Shown here in pieces: positions 19,081 to 28,919 of a stretch of 64,000 bases of DNA. Both the position numbers and the translations under genes were made by a program. This DNA is from Minisyncoccota bacterium (GTDB lineage: Bacteria; Patescibacteriota; Minisyncoccia; Phycocordibacterales; UBA1550). The stretch covers positions 325 to 64,324 of the forward strand of contig JALNYL010000007.1 in assembly GCA_023229865.1 (NCBI GenBank), in the 5' to 3' direction. The notes below the pieces were generated by a model. It searched no databases. It had not been told where the DNA came from and saw nothing but the letters and a program-made list of their open reading frames with translations. Within the stretch, counting starts at the first letter, position 1; the number at the start of each line of letters is the position of its first letter.

Positions 19081-19152
19081 TGCTCTCGGTAGGAATCGAA
19101 CCTACATCGTGGGTACCGCAAACCCATATCCTATCCATTGAACGACGAGAGC
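19081..19152 (-). tRNA. tRNA-Arg (anticodon GCG as read from the 7-nt loop TTGCGGT)
   Basis: Acceptor GCTCTCG/CGAGAGC. T-arm GTAGGTTCGATTCCTAC. Perfect 5-bp anticodon stem TGGGT/ACCCA. Confidence 0.6.
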
Positions 19153-19295
19153 AATTTGTTCTATTTGATTAACTTTGCCCCCGTGCCTTTTGCGAGGTCT
19201 TATTCAGACTAAGCATAACAACGACGAGAGCGTTTTTCGAACCCACACACTCTACCATAAAACTCAGAAAAAGCAAAAAATCAGATGACCCCAGC

Positions 19296-19775
19296 TTAGA
19301 AGCCAATCTTGCGCATGAGGCGCTCAGGGAGAGGCTCTACCTGGTGTTCCTCAGGAAGCATGTGTGTAAAAATTTGATGGATCTCATCAAGGTCAGTCCC
19401 ATGAAGAGAGAGAACAATGTGCGGCATAAAAGTTTTCTTTGAGGTGATGAGGATTTTTGGGTCACGATGATACTTCACACTGTCGTCTCCCTCAAGTACC
19501 CAAAACGAAGCGAGGGTGTCCCATGGGTAAAGTGTTTTACCTGCCGTCACCCCTTTGTTGGAGAGGCTGTAATCGATCATTCGTGGTGGATGCTTTGAGT
19601 ACAGGAGAAGTGTCCCCATACCAACAATGATGATGACCGAGAGGAGAGTGTTGCCAACAATGATAAACGCAACCGCGAGTGCTACAGAAATAATTCCCAC
19701 AGCCCAATACCAATCAGCGCTGTGATCGCGGTGCTCGTATTCAGGGGCAGTCCAGGAGATGATGTGTTCGTCCAT
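19296..19775 (-). CDS. Hypothetical membrane protein
   Basis: Two TM helices near the N-terminus. Confidence 0.3.
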   Translation of the reverse strand: MDEHIISWTAPEYEHRDHSADWYWAVGIISVALAVAFIIVGNTLLSVIIIVGMGTLLLYSKHPPRMIDYSLSNKGVTAGKTLYPWDTLASFWVLEGDDSVKYHRDPKILITSKKTFMPHIVLSLHGTDLDEIHQIFTHMLPEEHQVEPLPERLMRKIGF

Positions 19776-19829
19776 ATACTAGTAGTGTACCAAAGCGATT
19801 GCATCTTCGCTACCCCATAAGGTACAATA

Positions 19830-20549
19830 TTGAACACGATGAATGATATGACTCTTTTTCTTGCGTTTGGTGCGGGGTTTGTTTCTTTCCTTGCGCCGTG
19901 CGTGCTCCCTTTGGTCCCTGGCTTCATTGCATATCTGGGAGGAATCGCTGTTGATAAAAAAGCTCCTACAGCGATCCGGTCGCGCTTTGCGATGCTTCAC
20001 GCAAGTTTGTTTTTCGTGCTTGGTTTTACCGCCGTCTTTGCGATCCTCGGGCTCTTGCTTCATGGAGCGCTCGTGCAAGTGAATCACGAATTTCAGGTGT
20101 ACCTCGCGCGTTTTGGTGGCGCAATCATTATTTTCTTTGGGCTCTATTTGATGGGACTCATCAAACTTTCGTTCCTTGAAAAGACACGACACATCTCGAT
20201 TCATAAAAGATTTTCATCCCGCGCAGTGACGTCGTTTGTGTTTGGTGCGGCGTTTGCGGCGGGGTGGACACCATGCGTCGGTGCGGCCCTCGGGGCGATC
20301 CTCGGACTCGCGGCACTCGCTCCCGCAAAAACATTTTTCCTTCTCATTGCGTATGCACTCGGACTCGGGGTGCCATTTCTCATCATCGGTGCTTTCGCAG
20401 GGGAGATTGAAAAATATCTCGCGCGCAATCTTGCGTGGGTTCAGTACGTGAATATTATTTTCGGGGGCGTACTTGTGTGGCTCGGCGCGATGTCGTTTAC
20501 GCAAAATCTCTCGGTGTGTCGTGATGTATTGTGGACGTTCCCGTTTTAG
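19830..20549 (+). CDS. ccdA: Cytochrome c biogenesis / thiol-disulfide transporter CcdA (DsbD TM domain)
   Basis: Conserved Cys in TM1 (LAPCVLPLVPGF) and TM4 (GWTPCVGAALG). Six TM helices. Confidence 0.75.
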   Translation: MNTMNDMTLFLAFGAGFVSFLAPCVLPLVPGFIAYLGGIAVDKKAPTAIRSRFAMLHASLFFVLGFTAVFAILGLLLHGALVQVNHEFQVYLARFGGAIIIFFGLYLMGLIKLSFLEKTRHISIHKRFSSRAVTSFVFGAAFAAGWTPCVGAALGAILGLAALAPAKTFFLLIAYALGLGVPFLIIGAFAGEIEKYLARNLAWVQYVNIIFGGVLVWLGAMSFTQNLSVCRDVLWTFPF

Positions 20550-20597
20550 TCTGGTAAAGAAAAAGCCGCTCCACAAAAATATGCGAGCGGCTGAATG

Positions 20598-21140
20598 TTA
20601 GCGATGCTTGTTGTCGATATGATGAATCGTGTCGACGGTCAACTTGCCACCATCCAAACAAAGAAGCGCAACGTTGTTGAAAGGGAACACGAACTCAGGA
20701 ACTTGTTTTTTGTTTACGTATTCCCATATCGCCCAAAACTTTTCATCAACACCTTTTGCGACGGTGATGTGAAAATGTTTGCGTGACTCATGTGCTTTCC
20801 ATGAGGTTTCAGGAATTTGTTTGCGAATAGCATTACGCAGCCCTTCGACCGCGCGCTCTGTTTCTCGCGGCAGACTTACATCGAGGAAGATAGTGTCAGT
20901 CTCGAAGTGTCCAAAACCGTGGACAACAAAGGGGTGCGGGTGATGCGCTCGCGCAAATTTTTCAAGTTCTATTTTTGTCAGCATTAAGTCGGCTTTTTCA
21001 AACGGAGACTTAAGGGTGACGTGTGTGGGGAAAAATTCTGTGTTCACACTGAGGCTGAAGCGTTTCGCTATGTCTTGAACGAGTGCGTAATGATACCTTT
21101 TGACTGTTCCTTCTGGTAAATGAACTATGGAATAGCGCAT
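20598..21140 (-). CDS. 2H phosphoesterase superfamily protein (LigT / 2'-5' RNA ligase-like), copy 1
   Basis: Two H-x-T/S-x motifs: PTHVTLK and HFHITVA. AAGGAGG RBS. Confidence 0.6.
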   Translation of the reverse strand: MRYSIVHLPEGTVKRYHYALVQDIAKRFSLSVNTEFFPTHVTLKSPFEKADLMLTKIELEKFARAHHPHPFVVHGFGHFETDTIFLDVSLPRETERAVEGLRNAIRKQIPETSWKAHESRKHFHITVAKGVDEKFWAIWEYVNKKQVPEFVFPFNNVALLCLDGGKLTVDTIHHIDNKHR

Positions 21141-21250
21141 GAGATCCTCCTTAATAAGTACAGTACTATTTACAATCTATGCCTAGAGGTGGGCTTTGTC
21201 AAACAGGAAAAAATAAAGCCGCTCCACAATAAAGTGTGAGCGGCTGAAGG

Positions 21251-21796
21251 CTACAAAGGAGTTGCGTATTGGCTATCGACAACCCACGCGTCGTTTTCTT
21301 TGCGAAGTAATACGATGTTGTCGAGTGAACGATGGAACGCGGGAGTCTCTTTTTGTTTGAGATATTCCCAGACCTTGTCGAACTTCGGCTCGATATCTTT
21401 TTTCGCGAGCGTGATGTGAAGATGCATGATCGGCTCATGGCTACCCCAAGTGAGGAAGGGGATTGCCTTGAGTTTTTTGATCAGCCGGTCATGCATATAT
21501 TCGGCTTCGCGCGAGTGAACCACGTCGAGCGTGATGACGCGTCGTCCCAAGTGCCCAAACCCACAAATGGTGTACCCTGGGGCCACAGATGTTTGTGTGG
21601 TTTCTTGGAGTGCTTGTCGAACAGCAGGAATCTCCTCGTCGTCAGCCTCGAAAGGTGCCTTGAGGGTGATGTGTGTGGGGAAGTACCCGCTGCTCATCTT
21701 GAGGTCAAACTTTTCCGCGAGCTCACGCACGAGCCCTTCGTGATATTTTGCAACAGGGGCTGCAAGCAGGTGGGCAATGAAATAACGATTACGCAT
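21251..21796 (-). CDS. 2H phosphoesterase superfamily protein, copy 2 (tandem paralog)
   Basis: PTHITLK and HLHITLA. Similar promoter and terminator to copy 1. Confidence 0.6.
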   Translation of the reverse strand: MRNRYFIAHLLAAPVAKYHEGLVRELAEKFDLKMSSGYFPTHITLKAPFEADDEEIPAVRQALQETTQTSVAPGYTICGFGHLGRRVITLDVVHSREAEYMHDRLIKKLKAIPFLTWGSHEPIMHLHITLAKKDIEPKFDKVWEYLKQKETPAFHRSLDNIVLLRKENDAWVVDSQYATPL

Positions 21797-21879
21797 GATA
21801 TTTTCCTCTCTGTATGTACAAAAGCTACTCACAATCTATGCTGATGAGTAGCTTTTGTCAAACGGTATAAAGTCATCGG

Positions 21880-22206
21880 TTACTTCATTGTTGGCGAACA
21901 TTTCCCCCAGTTCACGAGTTCCCACGCATCGCACAAGCGCCCATCTTTGAGTTGGCACACAGCGTATTTGGTGCCGTCAGCACGTGCCGCTGTTTCGTAG
22001 GTGCCACCGAGTCTGACGCAGTGTGACACAGCGGGGCTACCGAGCTCGGGTTCGCTAGGAAGGTTCTCAGGGGCCCTCTCGGCTATTTCGACAGTGGGCG
22101 TAGAGTTTTCTGTGGGAGCCTGCTCGTTAATCGACTGCTGATAAAGATACAGGGTTCCTGCGCAAAAAAGAATCAAAAAGGGAACACTGATTATTAATTT
22201 TTTCAT
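21880..22206 (-). CDS. Small secreted DUF333-like (putative hemolysin family) protein
   Basis: Signal peptide. CVRLGGTYE...CQLKDGRLCDAWE pattern. Confidence 0.4.
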   Translation of the reverse strand: MKKLIISVPFLILFCAGTLYLYQQSINEQAPTENSTPTVEIAERAPENLPSEPELGSPAVSHCVRLGGTYETAARADGTKYAVCQLKDGRLCDAWELVNWGKCSPTMK

Positions 22207-22329
22207 ACATATAGTATCCCACAAAAAGTGCTGTTGTTTGCGTGAGGATATCCACAGGGGGAAAAGGCAACGGGGGGCGCGACCTGCGGTCGCGCCCCCC
22301 GTTGCTCATAGAGCAAAGTATCTCGTGAT

Positions 22330-23787
22330 TTACTTCACACTAATCTTTGTTGCGATGACAGAGCCATCAGCGTAGCGATCTCCAGAAAAGAGAACCTCAA
22401 GTCCGATTGCAAATGTTCCTGTGATTACTGTTGAAGCAGTGTACGAAACTTTTGTCGTTTCGAGCATGATGAATCCGTTTCCGATTTCTGTAATCTTGCC
22501 ACCTTCATCCACGACAGGGACCGGAGGAGTCACGGTTGCCGCCTTGATCACGAGGGTGACCAATCCTTCCGTAAACACACCATCAGCATCCATTGCAGAA
22601 AGGATAATTGTGTAAGTTCCTGCAACGGTAGGTTTGCCTGAGAGTACCCCTGTTGCCGAAACGGTCATCCCCGCAGGAACATCAAATGCTTCTACTGTCG
22701 CGGTTCCTGTGGTAAGAAGGTTTGTTGCTGTGTAGTTTGACCCCACTTTCCCACTAGGAAGCGTAGTAATAAGCGTTACAGGGATAACAGGAGGTACTGC
22801 AGGTTCTACCACATTGATGGTTACTGTCCCAAAACCGTTATCACCAATGATTGAGTCAGCGCGAAGATATGCCGCGAGTGATATCGTGTAGGTACCCGGT
22901 GTCGTTGGTGTTCCCGACAAAACGCCAGTTCCAGAAACACTCATTCCTGCTGGTACTCCTCCCGTCGCGTATACCACACCAAGAAGAAGAGTTGATGGAT
23001 TAACAAGATTTACGGGTGTGTATTCATACCCTGCTTCGGCATCATTAAGACTTGAAACAAAGGTAAATCTTTCTGGGCTCAAATCAATGAGACGATAATA
23101 GTGGTCACCCTTCATTGCGTTAGCGATAGGCCATACTACTGCGGCAGAGGTGGTATTGTCGTTAATAACATACTCTTTGTTTACAACACCGCTTAAGACG
23201 GCACTTCCACCAGCAAAGATGCCACCCCAAAGAGGGATCGAAGAATATACCCATCCACGACGAGATTTTTTCTGTGTCACTTGAGTCCCAATAGGGGCAC
23301 CACCTGTCACAGTAGGTACGATGTAGCTACCACCTGCAGTTGCAGGAGTTGCAACACTAATAGTGTAACTATCGCCGATAGTAAAATTGATTCCTGCGTC
23401 GCGATAATTAGTTTCTACGAAACCACGGAAGCATTCAGGGAGATTGTAGTCTGCTGAGTGGAGTAGGTTTGCAGGATCAGTTCCTTCGCCACTGTAGAGG
23501 TTGAGAGTTACTGTTGTTGCGAAACTGCAGTTAGCAAGTTTCTCTGCGTATGTTGCGCCAGTAAAATTCTTCTCAAGGAAAAGCCCAACAGTTGCCTCTG
23601 TTGCGTTGGCGGTAAACGACTGCCCGTACTCGGACCCAGGTGCAAGGAGGTTCCCTGTAAGAGGGAGTTGAACCTCTGAAAGAGGTAGCCCGTTAGGATA
23701 AGCAACATCCACATTCTTTGCGAGTGCTGCCTGAGCCGAAAAGCACATTGCAAGCACTGCAGTAGAAACAAATATTTTCTGCTTCAT
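22330..23787 (-). CDS. Secreted protein with putative Ig (He_PIG-like) domains
   Basis: Signal peptide. Repeats VPAGMSVSGTGVLSGTPTTPGTYTI and VPAGMTVSATGVLSGKPTVAGTYTI. Confidence 0.5.
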   Translation of the reverse strand: MKQKIFVSTAVLAMCFSAQAALAKNVDVAYPNGLPLSEVQLPLTGNLLAPGSEYGQSFTANATEATVGLFLEKNFTGATYAEKLANCSFATTVTLNLYSGEGTDPANLLHSADYNLPECFRGFVETNYRDAGINFTIGDSYTISVATPATAGGSYIVPTVTGGAPIGTQVTQKKSRRGWVYSSIPLWGGIFAGGSAVLSGVVNKEYVINDNTTSAAVVWPIANAMKGDHYYRLIDLSPERFTFVSSLNDAEAGYEYTPVNLVNPSTLLLGVVYATGGVPAGMSVSGTGVLSGTPTTPGTYTISLAAYLRADSIIGDNGFGTVTINVVEPAVPPVIPVTLITTLPSGKVGSNYTATNLLTTGTATVEAFDVPAGMTVSATGVLSGKPTVAGTYTIILSAMDADGVFTEGLVTLVIKAATVTPPVPVVDEGGKITEIGNGFIMLETTKVSYTASTVITGTFAIGLEVLFSGDRYADGSVIATKISVK

Positions 23788-23938
23788 AATTATGTTACAC
23801 ACTAAATAGTTAGCGCACGTAATAAAATGAGAGGTAGTTACGTAATATACCCCTCAATGTTTAAGACGGAAGACAATGAGAAATCTTGCAAAAAATAGTA
23901 AAAATATACAGAGTTCGTATTGGTGGTAGAATAGGCCT

Positions 23939-25093
23939 ATGGAACCACTCGCATCGAAAATTCGCCCCAAGAAACTCAAGGACTATATAGGCCAGAGCCA
24001 TCTCGTCGGCGAGGGCAAGCCTCTTCGTATCGCCATTGAGAAAAAGCATCTATTCTCGTTCATCCTCTGGGGCACGCCCGGTGTAGGGAAGACGACGCTC
24101 GCACGTATGTATGCCGAGGCACTCGATGCAGACTTTTACGAACTCTCAGCTGTGTCCGCAGGCAAAGACGACATACGAAAAATAATTGCCGAAGGGAAAG
24201 GCGAGCTCGCACTCAAGTCTCGCCCCAAGATTCTCTTCCTCGACGAGATTCATCGTTTCAATAAAAGCCAGCAGGATTTTCTCTTGCCATATGTGGAGTC
24301 GGGAGAGCTCACGCTTATTGGTGCCACTACTGAGAACCCAAGTTTTGAAGTCATTGCACCGCTTCTTTCACGTTGTCGTGTGTTTGTATTGAACGAGCTC
24401 TCTCATGACGAGATGAAACTCATCGTCTCTCGTGTAGAAAAAAGTGAAAAGATAAAAATCGACAAAAGTGCAAAAGAGTGGCTCATCAGTATGGCCAACG
24501 GCGATGCACGCCAAGCTATCGCAATGCTCGAAGCAACACTCAACCTCTATGGTCTCATCGACGTGCACAATCTCACCGAGACACTACAGTCGAAGTTCTT
24601 GCGTTACGACAAGAAAGGGGAGGAGCACTACAATACTATCAGTGCATTTATAAAAAGCATGCGGGCGAGTCAGCCTGATGCTGCTCTTTACTACCTCGCA
24701 CGAATGATTGACGCAGGTGAGGATCCAAAGTTTATCGCGAGGCGTATGGTGATATTTGCGAGCGAAGATGTGGGCCTCGCGCAACCGACTGCACTCGTGG
24801 TGGCGAATGAAGTTTTTCGCGCGGTAGAAACTATTGGACTTCCCGAAGCGGGGATCAATCTCGCGCATGGCGTCGCGTATCTTGCGCAGGCGAAAAAAGA
24901 TCGCTCCGCATATGATGCGTTCAACTCTGCAATGGCCGATGTAAAAAATTTCGGCAATCTCCCCATCCCGCTCAAAATAAGAAACGCCCCCACGAAACTT
25001 ATGAAAGACCTCGACTACGGCAAGGGATACGAGATGTACACGAAGGAAGATTTGCTACCGGAGAAACTGAAGAAGAAGAAGTATCTGGGGTAA
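23939..25093 (+). CDS. rarA: Recombination factor RarA/MgsA (AAA+ ATPase)
   Basis: Walker [13 protein letters not shown]. Walker [12 protein letters not shown]. MgsA C-terminal domain. Confidence 0.85.
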   Translation: MEPLASKIRPKKLKDYIGQSHLVGEGKPLRIAIEKKHLFSFILWGTPGVGKTTLARMYAEALDADFYELSAVSAGKDDIRKIIAEGKGELALKSRPKILFLDEIHRFNKSQQDFLLPYVESGELTLIGATTENPSFEVIAPLLSRCRVFVLNELSHDEMKLIVSRVEKSEKIKIDKSAKEWLISMANGDARQAIAMLEATLNLYGLIDVHNLTETLQSKFLRYDKKGEEHYNTISAFIKSMRASQPDAALYYLARMIDAGEDPKFIARRMVIFASEDVGLAQPTALVVANEVFRAVETIGLPEAGINLAHGVAYLAQAKKDRSAYDAFNSAMADVKNFGNLPIPLKIRNAPTKLMKDLDYGKGYEMYTKEDLLPEKLKKKKYLG

Positions 25094-25129
25094 CATGCAA
25101 TTCCTCCCACCGTCTGTTAGTATGTAATT

Positions 25130-26557
25130 ATGAAACGCGCTCTTGTTATTGCCACGCTCTTTTTGCTCATTCCTCAGGGGGCTTTTGCGGCGCGCTCGCT
25201 TTCGCTTGGGATGTCGGGTACTGATGTAAAAGCTCTTCAAACAGCACTTATTTCAAAAGGATATTTGGCGGCGGGCAAAAACACGGGGACGTTTGGGGCA
25301 ATGACACAGACAGCACTCCAGAAATTTCAATGCGCGCAGAAGATTGCGTGTGGGGGTATGACGACAGGCTACGGTGTGTATGGACCCAAGACACAAGTCG
25401 CACTCGCAAACAGTATTGCTTCCACAAATGCTTCAAGAGCAAAGGATCTTGAATTCTCTGGATGGATTCCGTATTGGCGCACCGCGACAGGGACCAAAGA
25501 TGTTTTGCCTCACCTCGCGCAACTCTCAAGCGTGATGCCTTTTGGCTACACGATGCACAACGATGGGACGCTTGCTGACACGGCGCACCTCACTGAGGAG
25601 CCTTGGGTAAGTTTCATCGCTGAAGCAAAAAAGCAGGGGGTGAAAGTGGTGCCGAGTGTGATGTGGGGGAATGGCGACAACATTCACCGTATCCTGAGCA
25701 ACACAAAGACACGCATCGCGCTTGAAGATGAAATCGCGAAAGTGGTGAAGGACAACAATTTCGACGGCATCGATATCGACTTCGAGGCGAAGAAGCATGA
25801 GACGATGGAATACTTCTCACTTTTTTTAAAAGGCCTCTATCAGCGTATGGGTAAGAAACTCGTGTACTGTACGATTGAAGCGCGTATGCCGATCACTGAT
25901 CGCTATCTTGAAGGGCAGACGGTGCCCGCTGATGCGATGGACTACGCAAATGACTACAAAGCACTCAATAAATATTGTGACCGCGTGGAGATAATGGCGT
26001 ACGACCAAGGAGTGATAGCGCGCCGTCTCAACAAAGCACGTATGGCACCATACGCGCCCGTCGCTGACCCTGCGTGGGTGGAGAGCCTCGTCACGCTCGC
26101 GATGAAAGATATTGATAAGAAGAAAATTATTATTGGGGTCGCGACATACGGATATGAATATGAAGTGACGCCAATCCCTGGCGATGGCTACAAGTACAAA
26201 GTGCTCTGGCCGTTTAACCCGAAGTACGCGACGGACATTGCCGCAAAGCTCGGCATTGCGCCAGCACGCAATAGCGCAGGGGAGATGGGTTTCTCGTATG
26301 ACCCAAGATTACTCGCAGCTGTCGCTCCTACGAATGGGCAAGTGACACAGACGCAACAGCAAGTTTCGACGGCTACGGTGATTGCGGAAAATGCTGGCTC
26401 GAGTAGTGACAATCAACCATTTAATTATTTCTCATGGAGTGATGCGCAAGCGATTGCCGACAAGGTGGCCCTCGCGCGCGAACTCGGCGTGCGTGGTGTT
26501 GCGGTGTTTAAATTCGACGGAGGAGAAGATCAGAAGATTTGGGAGGTGCTGAGGTAG
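25130..26557 (+). CDS. Secreted GH18-family glycosyl hydrolase with an N-terminal peptidoglycan-binding domain
   Basis: Signal peptide. PG_binding_1-like LSLGMSGTDVKALQTAL. GH18 catalytic motif FDGIDIDFE. Confidence 0.7.
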   Translation: MKRALVIATLFLLIPQGAFAARSLSLGMSGTDVKALQTALISKGYLAAGKNTGTFGAMTQTALQKFQCAQKIACGGMTTGYGVYGPKTQVALANSIASTNASRAKDLEFSGWIPYWRTATGTKDVLPHLAQLSSVMPFGYTMHNDGTLADTAHLTEEPWVSFIAEAKKQGVKVVPSVMWGNGDNIHRILSNTKTRIALEDEIAKVVKDNNFDGIDIDFEAKKHETMEYFSLFLKGLYQRMGKKLVYCTIEARMPITDRYLEGQTVPADAMDYANDYKALNKYCDRVEIMAYDQGVIARRLNKARMAPYAPVADPAWVESLVTLAMKDIDKKKIIIGVATYGYEYEVTPIPGDGYKYKVLWPFNPKYATDIAAKLGIAPARNSAGEMGFSYDPRLLAAVAPTNGQVTQTQQQVSTATVIAENAGSSSDNQPFNYFSWSDAQAIADKVALARELGVRGVAVFKFDGGEDQKIWEVLR

Positions 26558-26572
26558 GTGGTTAGTAGAATA

Positions 26573-26605
26573 GAAAAGGGCGACGCCGTACGGCGTCGCC
26601 CTTTT
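26573..26605. terminator. Bidirectional hairpin terminator
   Basis: AAAAGGGCGACGCCGTACGGCGTCGCCCTTTTCT. Confidence 0.6.
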
Positions 26606-26635
26606 CTGTTAAGTCTTTTTACAGACTACTGAAAA

Positions 26636-27604
26636 CTAGTTGAGCTCAATCTTTGAAAGAGTTACAGATGCGTCGGTGTTTTTAATACCTTTGTACTGTA
26701 CGCTTGCGCCGATAGAAGACAAGGCCCCGTAGTTGAGCGATGTTCTCGTTGTTGCTACAACACGAAGCACTACACCGTTAGTGAGTGTTATTGCTTTTGC
26801 AACTGAGTCGTATGATGCAATAACACCTGTTCCCTCAGCCTTCTTTCCTGTGCTTGTGTAAGAAGTAGTAGGTGCTGGTGTTGGAGTTACAACGGGTGCT
26901 GGGGCTGGGGTTACAACCGGAGCAGGAGTTGGAGTCACAACAGGAGCTGGTGTAGAAGATGGAGGAGGAACAACTACCACAGGAGCCGCACTCACTTGAA
27001 TCAAAATTGCGCTCGTTACACTGTTACCAATAGCATCTTTTGCGTAAACGGTAACATTGTACATGCCTACAGTTGTTGGTGTCCCAGAAAGGAATCCTGC
27101 AGCTGAGATTGTCATGCCTGCTGGCACATTGTAAGACTCAACTGTCCCAGGGAGATTTGCTGCTGCAACCTGAGCTGCTGTTGCAACGCGGGTGGTCACA
27201 GTGAACGGTGCAGTACCTGATGTCATAATGTTTGTGTCAGGAAGAGCAACCCCTACCTGAGCTGCAGTAGGAGCAAGAATAAACTTAATTGCTGGGTAAA
27301 CCGTCAAGTTTGTTGCTGTTGCTGATCCATCAAGATTTGTTGTTCCTGTGTATGTAGCATATTCGTGTGCCCATGCCTTGAGGGGAGCTGTTGTCCCGCC
27401 GAGGTATGTTGTCACTGCTGGTGTGTAAAATACCTGCTGATTTACACCAGTAGTACTGTCGCTAACGACAATGAAGTCAGCACCAACGGTGGTTATAAAG
27501 CCAGAGCCAGTAATGGTTGCTGCTTGCGCTGCTCCTGCAAAGAGGAACATTATCGCGAAGACTAATGAAGATACGTATTTGATCATATATATAATTGTGG
27601 GCAC
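26636..27604 (-). CDS. Secreted protein with a He_PIG-like Ig domain and a TPAPVV proline-rich repeat
   Basis: Signal peptide. VPAGMTISAAGFLSGTPTTVGMYNV. (TPAPVVTP)x4. Confidence 0.5.
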   Translation of the reverse strand: MPTIIYMIKYVSSLVFAIMFLFAGAAQAATITGSGFITTVGADFIVVSDSTTGVNQQVFYTPAVTTYLGGTTAPLKAWAHEYATYTGTTNLDGSATATNLTVYPAIKFILAPTAAQVGVALPDTNIMTSGTAPFTVTTRVATAAQVAAANLPGTVESYNVPAGMTISAAGFLSGTPTTVGMYNVTVYAKDAIGNSVTSAILIQVSAAPVVVVPPPSSTPAPVVTPTPAPVVTPAPAPVVTPTPAPTTSYTSTGKKAEGTGVIASYDSVAKAITLTNGVVLRVVATTRTSLNYGALSSIGASVQYKGIKNTDASVTLSKIELN

Positions 27605-27671
27605 GGTTAATAATTAACTCTACAACGTCGAAGACGTTGCAAGGGGTGAAATCTTACAGGAGCGTTCTTTT

Positions 27672-27839
27672 TGTATTTGGGTGAGATGCGGTCACGAGTT
27701 ACTAAGTCTGCTTAGGTGATTACACCTTGCGCGGACTAAGTACTCTCGACCCCGAGTCCAAGACACAAATCTGCTGATTCGTCGGCGTCTGAAATGCTTA
27801 CGCATTTCTCTGCCTCCGTCCTTCGAATCTCACCCTGCA
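27672..27839 (+). repeat. tRNA-3'-end-mimic element, family B (Ser partner), containing the 64-nt imperfect palindrome at 27690-27753
   Basis: Palindrome GGTCACGAGTTACTAAGTCTGCTTAGGTGATTACACCTTGCGCGGACTAAGTACTCTCGACCCC. The 3' end CTTCGAATCTCACCCTGCA mirrors the tRNA-Ser 3' end. Flanking inverted repeat GGGTGAGAT/ATCTCACCC. Confidence 0.5.
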
Positions 27840-27850
27840 TATAAACGCCA

Positions 27851-27881
27851 AAGCCCGATACCTATTAAAGGTATCGGGCTT
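27851..27881. terminator. Bidirectional hairpin
   Basis: AAGCCCGATACCTATTAAAGGTATCGGGCTT. Confidence 0.55.
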
Positions 27882-27889
27882 AGCCGTTG

Positions 27890-27976
27890 CGGATAGGGTG
27901 AGATTCGAACTCACGGTCCGGTTGCCCAGACTCCTGTTTTCAAGACAGGTGCATTCGACCACTCTGCCACCTATCC
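27890..27976 (-). tRNA. tRNA-Ser (anticodon TGA)
   Basis: Acceptor GGATAGG. Anticodon loop CTTGAAA. Long variable arm. T-loop GTTCGAATC. Confidence 0.85.
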
Positions 27977-28056
27977 AAGGTTGCGTGATCTGCTTGCCTA
28001 TCCTATCAAAAATTGCCAAAAACGCAATGTTTGGGGTGGTGTGCTATCATATCCCT

Positions 28057-28473
28057 ATGCGCTACTTAGGAATCGACTACGGGACGAAGCGAATTGGCCT
28101 TGCTATTTCAGACGAAGGCGGGACAATGGCTTTTCCGTATAGTATTCTAGAAAATGGCAAAGGAAGCTTGGGGGAAATAAAAACCATATGCGGGCACGAG
28201 TCAGTAGAGACTATTGTGATAGGCGAATCTGTTGATTATAAAGGTCAGCCGAATCTTGTAAAAAAGGAAATTGATAAATTTATTGTCACATTGCGCAAAT
28301 TGGTGAACCTGCCGATTTATGAAGAACGAGAATTTCTCACGACACAGCAGGCGCGATTTTATCAAACAAAAAGAAAGCGCGTCGATGACTCCGCCGCCGC
28401 ACTCATTTTGCAAAGCTACCTCGATAGAAAAAACAACAAACCAATAATGGAAACATTACACGACGATAATTAA
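28057..28473 (+). CDS. yqgF: RuvC-like Holliday junction resolvase-like protein YqgF/RuvX
   Basis: MRYLGIDYGTKRIGLAISD N-terminus. The tracked ORF carries an upstream extension over the tRNA. Confidence 0.8.
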   Translation: MRYLGIDYGTKRIGLAISDEGGTMAFPYSILENGKGSLGEIKTICGHESVETIVIGESVDYKGQPNLVKKEIDKFIVTLRKLVNLPIYEEREFLTTQQARFYQTKRKRVDDSAAALILQSYLDRKNNKPIMETLHDDN

Positions 28474-28485
28474 CAACAAACAATT

Positions 28486-28914
28486 ATGATTACCTTCGAC
28501 GAATTCAAAAAAGCAGAAATTAAAATCGGAACAATTCTTTCCGCAGAAAAAGTTCCTGAAGCGGACAAGCTCATCAAGCTCTCGATTGATCTCGGTCCAA
28601 AACCAAAGGCGCCTACGGTAGCCGACGTGGTCGCAGAGATTTTGCCAGAAGGGGAGGGTGCGCCCATTGTCCCCGAAGAAGTAAAAGAAGAAGTCGTAGA
28701 GCAAGACATCCGCCAGATTCTTTCTGGTATTGCCGAGCACTACCCTGACCCGTCAGTGCTCGTTGGCAAGCAGGTGCCTGTCCTCGCAAATCTCCCTACG
28801 CGTACGATTCGCGGTTATGAGAGCCAAGGGATGGTGCTCTATGCTGTTGGCGGAGATTTTCTTACGACAGTCAATCCAGATCGTGTGATCCCCAACGGTA
28901 CCAACGTTCAATAA
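28486..28914 (+). CDS. tRNA-binding (CsaA/Trbp111-like OB-fold) protein with an acidic insert
   Basis: KIGTILSAEKVPEADKLIKLSIDLG. The C-terminal region resembles the MetRS C-terminal domain. Confidence 0.55.
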   Translation: MITFDEFKKAEIKIGTILSAEKVPEADKLIKLSIDLGPKPKAPTVADVVAEILPEGEGAPIVPEEVKEEVVEQDIRQILSGIAEHYPDPSVLVGKQVPVLANLPTRTIRGYESQGMVLYAVGGDFLTTVNPDRVIPNGTNVQ

Positions 28915-28919
28915 TTTTT

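Noticed and set aside
18707-19172. ORFs 18707-19138 (-) and 18909-19172 (+)
   Set aside because: Lie across the family A repeat, a terminator and tRNA-Arg. No RBS. The peptide is shared with artefact ORFs at 13055.
27898-28056. N-terminal 53 codons of the tracked yqgF ORF
   Set aside because: Overlaps tRNA-Ser. The canonical YqgF N-terminus MRYLGIDYG begins at 28057.
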